From: Minisyncoccia bacterium
GTDB taxonomy: Bacteria > Patescibacteriota > Minisyncoccia > Phycocordibacterales > UBA9973
Assembly: GCA_044229265.1 (NCBI GenBank)
Contig: JBGATK010000004.1
Location: 252 to 64,251 of the forward strand
Length of the DNA: 64,000 nucleotides
Reading direction: 5' to 3'
Part shown: positions 56,440 to 64,000 of the stretch, piece after piece
How the letters are laid out: every line of letters begins with the position of its first letter
Position numbering within the stretch: position 1 is the first letter of the stretch
Notes under the pieces: model-generated
The model's input: the letters and a program-made list of their open reading frames with translations, nothing else
The model's database searches: none
Told to the model about the DNA's origin: nothing
Position numbers and translations under genes: made by a program

Positions 56440-57573
56440 ATGGATAATCCACTAAAAAAGTTGTTCAATTCGGCTACTTCAGTTTTTTCAAGGAGCGGAG
56501 CAGGGGGTAGTGCTCTCGGTATCGACATAGGAACTTCAGCAATAAAAATTGTTGAGATAAAAAAGAAAGGAAGCAAGGCTGTGCTGGAAACATACGGTTC
56601 TATTTCGCTTGGCCCTTATGCTGGCACCGAAGTTGGCCGAGTTACAAATTTACCTCTTGAAAAAATAGTAGAGGCATTAAAAGAAGTCTTGAAGCAATCA
56701 AATGTATCTACTACAGACTCAGCGCTTTCCGTTTCAGTGCAGTCGAGCCTTGTTTTTACTATGGATTTACCAGCTAAGGTAGATGAATCACAAATCGCAA
56801 GTATTATTCCAAATGAAGCTCGTAAATTTATTCCTGTGCCTATTACTGAAGTTTCTCTAGATTATTTTATTTTACCTAAAAAAGAGCCTTCTTACGAAGA
56901 GATGAATGCTGGGGATTCTATGGTAGCACCTCAAGATAAAAAAGAAGTATTAGTAGTAGCAATTCAAAATGATGCTATAGAAAAATTGCGAACAGTAGTC
57001 AAAGACACTATGATAAATTCTTCTTTTTTTGAATTAGAAATATTTTCTTCAGTAAGAGCTAATTTCGAACATGAATTATCTTTAGTATTATTGATAGATT
57101 TTGGGGCGAGTCGTACTAAGCTTTCATTGGTGGAATTCGGTATTGTGAAGAATTATCACACTATAAATCGTGGAGGTTCTGATATTACTGATGCTGTGGC
57201 TAAATCACTCGACATTCCTTTTGAAAAAGCAGAAAATTTAAAGAAAGAATTTGGTTTATATGAAAATACTACTGAAAATAAGATGGCTGAAGTGATAAAA
57301 AGCCAGCTCGACTATATCTTTTCTGAAACAAATAATGTATTATTAGGATATGAAAAGAAATACGGCCGAACTGTAAGCAAGGTCATATTTACCGGTGGCG
57401 GAGCACTCATGAAAGGTCTCAAAGAAATTTCTTTAAATAATTTTCGGGCAGATGTAGAAATAGGTCGTCCATTTAAAAAAGTTGGCGCACCTCAATTTTT
57501 AGAAAAAGTTTTAGAGTCTACTGGTCCAGAATTTGCTGTAGCTATCGGACTCGCACTTAGAAAATTGCAATAA
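56440..57573 (+). CDS. pilM: Type IV pilus assembly protein PilM, cluster 2
   Basis: GIDIGTSAIKIVEIKKKG N-terminus, actin-like fold; first gene of the pilMNO(P)-BT-C locus. Confidence 0.75.
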   Translation: MDNPLKKLFNSATSVFSRSGAGGSALGIDIGTSAIKIVEIKKKGSKAVLETYGSISLGPYAGTEVGRVTNLPLEKIVEALKEVLKQSNVSTTDSALSVSVQSSLVFTMDLPAKVDESQIASIIPNEARKFIPVPITEVSLDYFILPKKEPSYEEMNAGDSMVAPQDKKEVLVVAIQNDAIEKLRTVVKDTMINSSFFELEIFSSVRANFEHELSLVLLIDFGASRTKLSLVEFGIVKNYHTINRGGSDITDAVAKSLDIPFEKAENLKKEFGLYENTTENKMAEVIKSQLDYIFSETNNVLLGYEKKYGRTVSKVIFTGGGALMKGLKEISLNNFRADVEIGRPFKKVGAPQFLEKVLESTGPEFAVAIGLALRKLQ

Positions 57574-57592
57574 ATATTTTATAATATAAAAA

Positions 57593-58246
57593 ATGGAGCA
57601 AACTTTTCAAACATCATTTATACCTAAAAAGCCGATAGTAGAAGGCGATGCACCTAGGAGGGAATCTCGCCCTATAGGTTTCTTTACTATTTTTTCTATT
57701 TTTATTTTTTTTGTAACTATTGTTCTTGGTGGAGGAATATATTTTTACGAAAAGACTCTCCAAGAAAAATTAGTTGAACTTTCAGCAAATCAAAAAAAGG
57801 CTGATGAGCGTTTTGAATCTTCAAAGAAAAAAGAACTCCAACTCATCGATCATAGGCTTACTGTAGCAAATCAGGTTTTATCAAAACACATAGCAGTGTC
57901 TCCAATATTTAATGCTCTTAGTAAAGTAACTATGAGAGAAGTTCGTTTTACGAAGTTTTCTTATGAACTCGGTGCAGATAAAAATAGTAATATAAAAGTA
58001 AAATTAACTGGAGAAACAAAGAAATATGTAGATGTAGCCCTACAAGCAGATTTATTCTCACAAGAGAAAAATTTTATTGATCCTGTTTTTTCAAATATGA
58101 TTCCAAACGAAAAAGGTGATATTGCTTTTGATGTAGAATTTTATGTCGATCCGTCTTTTGTAGATTATAAAACAGTTTTAAAATCAGGCGTTTATAGTGA
58201 TAGCCTGGAGGATTTTCCTACAAATCAAAGTGCGCCAATAAATTAA
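57593..58246 (+). CDS. pilN: PilN-like protein, cluster 2
   Basis: Single TM (IGFFTIFSIFIFFVTIVLGGGIYFY) plus periplasmic domain; positional. Confidence 0.5.
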   Translation: MEQTFQTSFIPKKPIVEGDAPRRESRPIGFFTIFSIFIFFVTIVLGGGIYFYEKTLQEKLVELSANQKKADERFESSKKKELQLIDHRLTVANQVLSKHIAVSPIFNALSKVTMREVRFTKFSYELGADKNSNIKVKLTGETKKYVDVALQADLFSQEKNFIDPVFSNMIPNEKGDIAFDVEFYVDPSFVDYKTVLKSGVYSDSLEDFPTNQSAPIN

Positions 58247-58252
58247 ATTATT

Positions 58253-58849
58253 ATGCTTAGATCTATATTACCCATAACTTTAATACTTGCATCCATAGCC
58301 GTTTTTTTGGTGGTTGTAATGCCGACTTATAGAAAGGTAGCTGATTTAAGAGCAGAGGTTTCTGAAAAAAATAATGCACTGGATCAAGCTAGAGTTTTAG
58401 AAAAAGAACGAGAACAATTAACTAATAAATACAATGAAATTAGTCTCGAAAATCGCGAGCGCTTAGAAAAGCTTTTGCCTGACAATGTAGACAATATTCG
58501 TTTGATACTCGAAATCAACGATGTAGTAGCTTCAGCTTATGGCATGACTCTCAAAGACATAAGATACGATTCAAATGATAATTCTAAAAAAACACAAAAT
58601 GCTTCTCTTCCAAGTGCGTCTCAAGCAACACCTAATGATACAAATCCTTACGGTGTTTGGAATTTAGAATTCAGTACCGAGGGAAGTTATGATAATTTTC
58701 TTAATTTTCTAAACGCACTGGAACACAATCTACGCATGGTAGATATAGCTTCAATTTCTTTTGATTCCAACGTCGAAAAAGATAAAAAAAATCCAGGAGA
58801 TGTTTATAAATATTCGTTCAAGATTAAAACTTATTGGTTAAAGAATTAA
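58253..58849 (+). CDS. pilO: PilO-like protein, cluster 2
   Basis: N-terminal TM, coiled-coil (LRAEVSEKNNALDQARVLEKEREQL); positional. Confidence 0.5.
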   Translation: MLRSILPITLILASIAVFLVVVMPTYRKVADLRAEVSEKNNALDQARVLEKEREQLTNKYNEISLENRERLEKLLPDNVDNIRLILEINDVVASAYGMTLKDIRYDSNDNSKKTQNASLPSASQATPNDTNPYGVWNLEFSTEGSYDNFLNFLNALEHNLRMVDIASISFDSNVEKDKKNPGDVYKYSFKIKTYWLKN

Positions 58850-59265
58850 TTATGAAAGGCATAATACGAAACTTAATATTATTTATAGTAATCGGCGGAA
58901 TACTAGCTGGTGGGTTTTATTATTTCTTTAATAAAAATACTGGGGTAGAAGCAAATATATCTTCTTCTGCTACTGCACCTATAAATCCTACTTTGAATTC
59001 TGGTAATAATTTACCAGCTACAAGTATATCCGGTATTACTTTGGATACATCTATATTTTCTAATCCAGCATTTTTGTCTCTTCGTGATTCAAGTGTAATA
59101 CTAATACCTCGTGGCAATGAAGGTAGGCCAAATCCATTTGCTCCAATTGGGATAGATAAAACTTCGAATACTTTGAATACTCTTTCTTTACCTTCAGATG
59201 TAAATACAGGATCCGACGCGAGTATTTTAGAAAATGGGAATTCAGGCACAAGCAATACAAATTAA
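58834..59265 (+). CDS. Small pilus-locus membrane protein (tentatively PilP-like)
   Basis: N-terminal TM, Ser/Thr/Asn-rich, RGNEGRPNPFAP segment; sits at the position PilP occupies in pilMNOP loci. Confidence 0.35.
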   Translation: MVKELIMKGIIRNLILFIVIGGILAGGFYYFFNKNTGVEANISSSATAPINPTLNSGNNLPATSISGITLDTSIFSNPAFLSLRDSSVILIPRGNEGRPNPFAPIGIDKTSNTLNTLSLPSDVNTGSDASILENGNSGTSNTN

Positions 59266-59267
59266 CT

Positions 59268-61043
59268 ATGAGCATTTTAGAAGAATTAGTAAAAAAAAAT
59301 TTAATCAAAAGTGTAGATATAAACGAAATCAAAAATCTCGCGAATGAAAAATTCTCGGGTGATGTTGATGGCGCATTACTTGAATGGGGTTTAAAAGAGA
59401 AAGATCTACTTGAAACAAAAGGCGAATTTTACAATATGCCTATTCGCACCATAAACCCAAAGGAAATATCTATGACGATTTTGAATTATATACCTGAAGA
59501 TTCAGCTCGATTTTATCGTTTTGCTCCTATATCTCTTAAAGATGGTGTACTTGAAGTCGGTGTGACTGATCCAGGCAATGTCGACAGTATGAATGCTTTG
59601 CAATTTATCTCGGCCAAGCTCGGAATGCCTTTTAAGGTGTATTTAATTTCACCACTTGATTATGTGAAAATAATGGATAGTTATAAAGGTATTACTCTCG
59701 ATATGAGTGATGCACTTGATGATTTTACTAATCAAGAAGTTGTAAATGTAAATAAAGAATCTGGGTCTTTGGATTCAAATTTATCTGACAATGAGTCAAA
59801 TCTCACTCGTGAATTGCAAGATGTAAATAAAGGCACAAAGAAATTAGTGGAAGATGCTCCAATTATAAAAATAGTAGCCGTAATATTAAAAAATGCAATT
59901 GAAGGAGGTGCTTCTGATGTTCACATCGAGCATATGGGTGAGAGAGTAAAAGTCAGATATCGAGTTGACGGGACACTACATACTTCTATTATGCTTCCAG
60001 CAAATGTTCATAGTGGAATAATTGCCCGTATTAAAATACTTTCACGCTTACATTTAGACGAAAAACGCAAACCGCAAGACGGGTCTTTTTCAGCAGTGAT
60101 AGATAATCGTAAGGTGGATTTTCGTGTTTCTACTATGCCGGGTTATTACGGAGAAAAAGCAGCAATTCGTATCTTGGATTCTACTAAAGGTTTGAAACCT
60201 ATGAGTGAGCTTGGTTTGTCAGAAATTAATTTAGCTTTATTAAAAGATGCTATTACTAAGCCTTTTGGTCTTATTCTTATTACTGGTCCTACTGGTTCTG
60301 GTAAATCCACTACACTGTATTCTATAATGAATGAGCTTGATAAAGAAAAAAGTAATGTGGTTACCCTAGAAGACCCTGTAGAATATCATATGCCTGATGT
60401 AAATCAATCACAGGTTTTACCGGAAATAGGTTATACTTTTGCTTCAGGACTACGCTCAATTCTAAGACAAGACCCAGACATAATAGTGGTCGGAGAAATT
60501 CGAGATAAAGAAACTGCTCAACTTGCTATTCAAGCTGCGCTTACGGGGCACTTGGTTTTATCTACACTGCACACAAATAATTCTATTGGAGTAATTCCTC
60601 GTCTTGTAGATATGGGTGTGGATCCTTATCTTATTGCTCCAACTTTAATACTTTCTATAGCTCAAAGGCTCGCTAGAATTACTTGTGAATCTTCACGTAA
60701 AGAAGTTCCTATGGAAGAAAGCGTACGCAAGCAATTTGCTGATCAATTTGCTGATTTGCCAGAAGAATACAGGTCAAAAATTAAAATTCCTGAAAAAATG
60801 ATAACTACAGTTCCAAGTCCAGAATGTCCTTCTGGCACAAGGGGTCGTATTGCTATTTTTGAAATGTTTAAAATAGATAAAGACATGCAGGATATTATAC
60901 TTAAAAATCCAACATCGGGAGTTATTTTTGAGAATGTTCGAAAAAAGGGAATGCTGACCATGAAAGAAGATGCTATGCTAAAAGCCGTAACTGGCATAAT
61001 TCCTTATGAAGAAGTGTATAATTTTAACAATGATAATGAATAA
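59268..61043 (+). CDS. pilB: Type IV pilus assembly ATPase PilB (GspE family)
   Basis: T2SE N-terminal domain, Walker A ITGPTGSGKSTT, Asp box, Walker B IIVVGEIRD, His box LVLSTLHTN. Confidence 0.85.
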   Translation: MSILEELVKKNLIKSVDINEIKNLANEKFSGDVDGALLEWGLKEKDLLETKGEFYNMPIRTINPKEISMTILNYIPEDSARFYRFAPISLKDGVLEVGVTDPGNVDSMNALQFISAKLGMPFKVYLISPLDYVKIMDSYKGITLDMSDALDDFTNQEVVNVNKESGSLDSNLSDNESNLTRELQDVNKGTKKLVEDAPIIKIVAVILKNAIEGGASDVHIEHMGERVKVRYRVDGTLHTSIMLPANVHSGIIARIKILSRLHLDEKRKPQDGSFSAVIDNRKVDFRVSTMPGYYGEKAAIRILDSTKGLKPMSELGLSEINLALLKDAITKPFGLILITGPTGSGKSTTLYSIMNELDKEKSNVVTLEDPVEYHMPDVNQSQVLPEIGYTFASGLRSILRQDPDIIVVGEIRDKETAQLAIQAALTGHLVLSTLHTNNSIGVIPRLVDMGVDPYLIAPTLILSIAQRLARITCESSRKEVPMEESVRKQFADQFADLPEEYRSKIKIPEKMITTVPSPECPSGTRGRIAIFEMFKIDKDMQDIILKNPTSGVIFENVRKKGMLTMKEDAMLKAVTGIIPYEEVYNFNNDNE

Positions 61044-61075
61044 AGGTCGTTTTATGATATAATTTAATTAATATT

Positions 61076-61468
61076 ATGGAAGGAGAAAAAAAGAAAATTT
61101 TAATAGTTGACGACGATAGTTTTTTGCTTGATATGTATGCCTTAAAATTTAGCCAAGGCAATTTTGAAATATATACAGCAGGTGATGCTAATCAAGTTTT
61201 AGAAAAATTACGCGGAGGTTTACGTCCAGAAATACTCCTCATGGATATCATCATGCCTGACATAGATGGTTTTGAACTTTTAGAAATTGTAAATAAAGAG
61301 AATTTAGCACCAGATGCAGTTAAAATATTTTTCTCAAATAAAAGCCAACAAACAGATATCGAGAGAGGAAAACAGCTCGGCGCTGCGGGTTATATAGTTA
61401 AAGCAAATTCTACTCCAGCTGAAGTTATCGAACAAGTTTTAGCAATTTTAGAAAAAAACAAGAAATAA
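61076..61468 (+). CDS. Stand-alone CheY-like response-regulator receiver (PilH-like)
   Basis: ILIVDDDSF, phospho-acceptor region LLMDIIMPDIDG, 130 aa, no output domain. Confidence 0.75.
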   Translation: MEGEKKKILIVDDDSFLLDMYALKFSQGNFEIYTAGDANQVLEKLRGGLRPEILLMDIIMPDIDGFELLEIVNKENLAPDAVKIFFSNKSQQTDIERGKQLGAAGYIVKANSTPAEVIEQVLAILEKNKK

Positions 61469-61471
61469 AAA

Positions 61472-62533
61472 ATGGGAAATTATAAAAAAGATCTTGAAGA
61501 GCTTATTCTGACAGTCATTCGTGAGGATGCTTCGGATTTGCATTTGGGCAGTGGCAGAGTTCCTGCTATTCGTGTTTCTGGAGAATTAATTTTTTTAGTT
61601 AAACACTCACCGCTTACCAAAGACGATATGATGGGTTTTCTGAAAGAAATTTTAGATCCAAAAAAATTGGAGAGTTTTTTAGAAAATCAAGAAGCTGATT
61701 TTTCTTATGATTTTCGCGGTGAAGCACGACTTCGTGGTAATGCTTTTTTTCAAAAAGGCATGATAAATTTGGTTTTTCGTTTAGTGCCAAAAGTAAAAAC
61801 TCTAAAAGATCTGAATTTGCCGGATGTTTTAAAAGAAATTGCCAAGAAAAAACAAGGATTCTTTTTAGTTGTAGGGCCAGTTGGGCAAGGTAAATCCACC
61901 ACTCTTTCTTCTATGATTGATATTATAAATAATGAACAAGCTCGTCATATTGTGACAATTGAAGATCCAATAGAGCATGCTTATGTTCCAAATAAATCAA
62001 TTGTGAATCAACGTGAAGTCGGTATTGATACAAAAGATTTCCATACTGCACTTCAATCTGTATTTCGTGAAGATGTGAATGTCATTATGATAGGCGAAAT
62101 GCGCACACCAGAGACTATGGCGACGGCAGTTACTGCTGCTGAAACAGGGCATTTGGTTTTTTCAACTCTGCATACAAATAATGCTTCTCAGACCATAGAC
62201 CGTATTATCGATTCTTTCCCGGGTGGTCAGCAAGATCAAATTCGTGTTCAGCTTGCTTCATCACTTCTTGGTATTTTTTCACAAAGACTTATACCTAAAA
62301 TTACAGGTGGGCTCGTGCCAGCTTATGAATTACTTTTAAATAATAATGCAGTAGCGAATTTGATTCGTGAGAAAAGAACTCACGAAATAGATGTGGTAAT
62401 AGAAACAGGCATGGAGTCTGGCATGGTGGACCTCAATCATTGCTTGCTAGATTTAGTGCGCAGGGGAGAGATCAGTATTGAAAATGCTTATTTGTATTCA
62501 CTAAATCCAAAAGCATTAGAGAGAATGTTGTAA
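61472..62533 (+). CDS. pilT: Twitching-motility/retraction ATPase PilT
   Basis: Walker A VVGPVGQGKSTT, IVTIEDPIE, Walker B IMIGEMR, HLVFSTLHTNNA. Confidence 0.85.
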   Translation: MGNYKKDLEELILTVIREDASDLHLGSGRVPAIRVSGELIFLVKHSPLTKDDMMGFLKEILDPKKLESFLENQEADFSYDFRGEARLRGNAFFQKGMINLVFRLVPKVKTLKDLNLPDVLKEIAKKKQGFFLVVGPVGQGKSTTLSSMIDIINNEQARHIVTIEDPIEHAYVPNKSIVNQREVGIDTKDFHTALQSVFREDVNVIMIGEMRTPETMATAVTAAETGHLVFSTLHTNNASQTIDRIIDSFPGGQQDQIRVQLASSLLGIFSQRLIPKITGGLVPAYELLLNNNAVANLIREKRTHEIDVVIETGMESGMVDLNHCLLDLVRRGEISIENAYLYSLNPKALERML

Positions 62534-62561
62534 TATAAAATTATAAATTAGGGAAAATAAT

Positions 62562-63770
62562 ATGCTATTTAGATATAAAGCTGTAGACGAACAAGGTATA
62601 AATAAAGAAGGTGAAATAGATGCACCAAATAAAGATTTGGCTATTTCTGGGCTTCAGCGTCGGGGTTTTATAATTATTTCAATCAAAGAAACAAAACAAA
62701 CAAAACATGGCCTCGATATGGCTATTTTTGAACGTGTTTCGATGAAAGAAATTGTGATTTTTTCAAGGCAGATTGCGACACTCTTTGAAGCACAAGTGTC
62801 CGCATTAAAAGCCTTCACTTTAATATCATCAAATTCTGAGAATCAATTATTTGCTCGCAAATTAAATGAAATTACTACCGATATTCAAGGCGGAGTATCT
62901 ATTTCCGGTGCAATGAGAAAACACCCTGATGTTTTTTCTGAATTTTATGTAAACATGATCAAAGCTGGTGAAGAAACAGGTAAATTAAATGAAACTTTTT
63001 TATATTTGGCTGAATATTTAGACAGACAATATGCTTTAACTAATAAAACTCGTAATGCACTTATATACCCATTTTTCGTAATAATAACTTTCTTTGTGGT
63101 TATGGCTCTGATGCTTACTGTAGTTATACCAAAACTCTCTGATATTATTCGTGATTCTGGCCAAGAAATTCCTTTTTACACAAAAGTCGTCATCGGTCTT
63201 TCTGATTTTTTTGTACAGTATGGACTTATATTTCTTATTTTTCTAGGTATGGCATTTTTATGGCTTTGGTTTTTGTCGCGTTCCGAGAGGGGGAAAATAT
63301 ACGTCGATCATTCGAGGCTTAGTATTCCTGTAGTTGGTAATTTGTATCGTAAACTTTATATTTCACGTATTGCAGATAATTTGCATACTATGCTTGTTTC
63401 CGGTATACCCATTGTTAGATCTCTCGACATAACTGCCGATGTTGTAAGTAGTAAGGTTTATAAAGATTTGTTAAAAAAAGTTGCGGAAGATGTAAAAGCT
63501 GGGTCATCTATTTCTAGTTCATTTGAAAAATTCCCTACATACTTGCCTCCTATTTTAGTTCAAATGATAAAAGTGGGTGAGGAGACAGGTTCTCTCGGTA
63601 ATATCTTAAAAACCTTGGCGGATTTCTATAAGCGTGAGGTGGATGATGCTGTAGATACAATGGTCGGACTTATAGAGCCAGTAATGGTAGTAGTTCTCGG
63701 TATTGCTGTTGGTTTGCTGCTCGTATCAGTCCTCGTCCCTATTTACAATTTAGCTGGAGCTATTCAATAA
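62562..63770 (+). CDS. pilC: Type IV pilus inner-membrane platform protein PilC (GspF family)
   Basis: Two T2SSF repeats each followed by TM helices; conserved GE.TG blocks (IKAGEETGKL, IKVGEETGSL). Confidence 0.8.
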   Translation: MLFRYKAVDEQGINKEGEIDAPNKDLAISGLQRRGFIIISIKETKQTKHGLDMAIFERVSMKEIVIFSRQIATLFEAQVSALKAFTLISSNSENQLFARKLNEITTDIQGGVSISGAMRKHPDVFSEFYVNMIKAGEETGKLNETFLYLAEYLDRQYALTNKTRNALIYPFFVIITFFVVMALMLTVVIPKLSDIIRDSGQEIPFYTKVVIGLSDFFVQYGLIFLIFLGMAFLWLWFLSRSERGKIYVDHSRLSIPVVGNLYRKLYISRIADNLHTMLVSGIPIVRSLDITADVVSSKVYKDLLKKVAEDVKAGSSISSSFEKFPTYLPPILVQMIKVGEETGSLGNILKTLADFYKREVDDAVDTMVGLIEPVMVVVLGIAVGLLLVSVLVPIYNLAGAIQ

Positions 63771-63886
63771 AGAGGGTGTGGAAAACTTGGCTTGCTCTTT
63801 TTGACTAGTTTTTATGCTATAATTTATACATAAATTAAAGTCGAAAATTAATTAAAAATTTATTATTAAAAATTTATTAAAAAAAT

Positions 63887-64000
63887 ATGAAATTAAATTT
63901 CAAAAAAGGTTTTACATTGATCGAACTTCTAGTTGTGGTGGCGATCATCGGTGTTCTTGCTTCTGTGGTTCTTGCTTCTCTAAACACAGCTCGTTCAAAA
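63887..64000 (+). CDS. Type IV pilin (prepilin), 3' end outside the window
   Basis: MKLNFKKGFTLIELLVVVAIIGVLASVVLASL: class III signal peptide with the G/FTLIE prepilin peptidase cleavage and methylation motif. Confidence 0.8.
   Translation, partial: MKLNFKKGFTLIELLVVVAIIGVLASVVLASLNTARSK

Noticed and set aside
1-64000. CRISPR arrays or cas genes
   Set aside because: No series of regularly spaced direct repeats is visible. The only notable repeats are the two REP-like palindromes and the 11-bp tandem duplication.

Overview
The window is AT-rich and gene-dense, mostly on the + strand, with short intergenic gaps, standard genetic code and four tRNAs that do not encode CCA. Gene content is almost all information processing and cell envelope, with no biosynthetic pathways: RuvX, RluA, L19, S6-SSB-S18, EF-P, RecA, FtsK, RecJ, RNase HI, RecO, TatD and four aminoacyl-tRNA synthetases (ArgRS, IleRS, GlyRS, MetRS). 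Together with split ComEC, ComF and two type IV pilus loci, this looks like a small-genome, probably CPR/Patescibacteria-like bacterium. That lineage call is an inference from gene content, not a computed result. Notable loci: (1) a complete type IV pilus/competence locus (pilM-N-O-small protein-pilB-receiver-pilT-pilC-pilin) plus a second pilMNO-only cluster; (2) an extracytoplasmic thiol-disulfide module (membrane-anchored thioredoxin, CcdA, VKOR) next to a P-type ATPase; (3) an IleRS carrying an inserted histidine-phosphatase (PGAM-like, RHG...HGG) domain, which I consider the most unusual feature; (4) a large S-layer-like surface protein gene with a peptidoglycan-binding domain, a long leader region and an 11-bp tandem duplication that splits the reading frame; (5) an IS200/RAYT-like HuH-Y1 transposase flanked by two near-identical 58-bp palindromic REP-like repeats, with a 21-bp REP fragment inside the gene; (6) ComEC split into two genes about 2.6 kb apart; (7) MetRS lacking its C-terminal tRNA-binding domain, which is encoded as a stand-alone gene elsewhere in the window. 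Several intrinsic terminators and two near-consensus sigma70-type promoters are readable directly.
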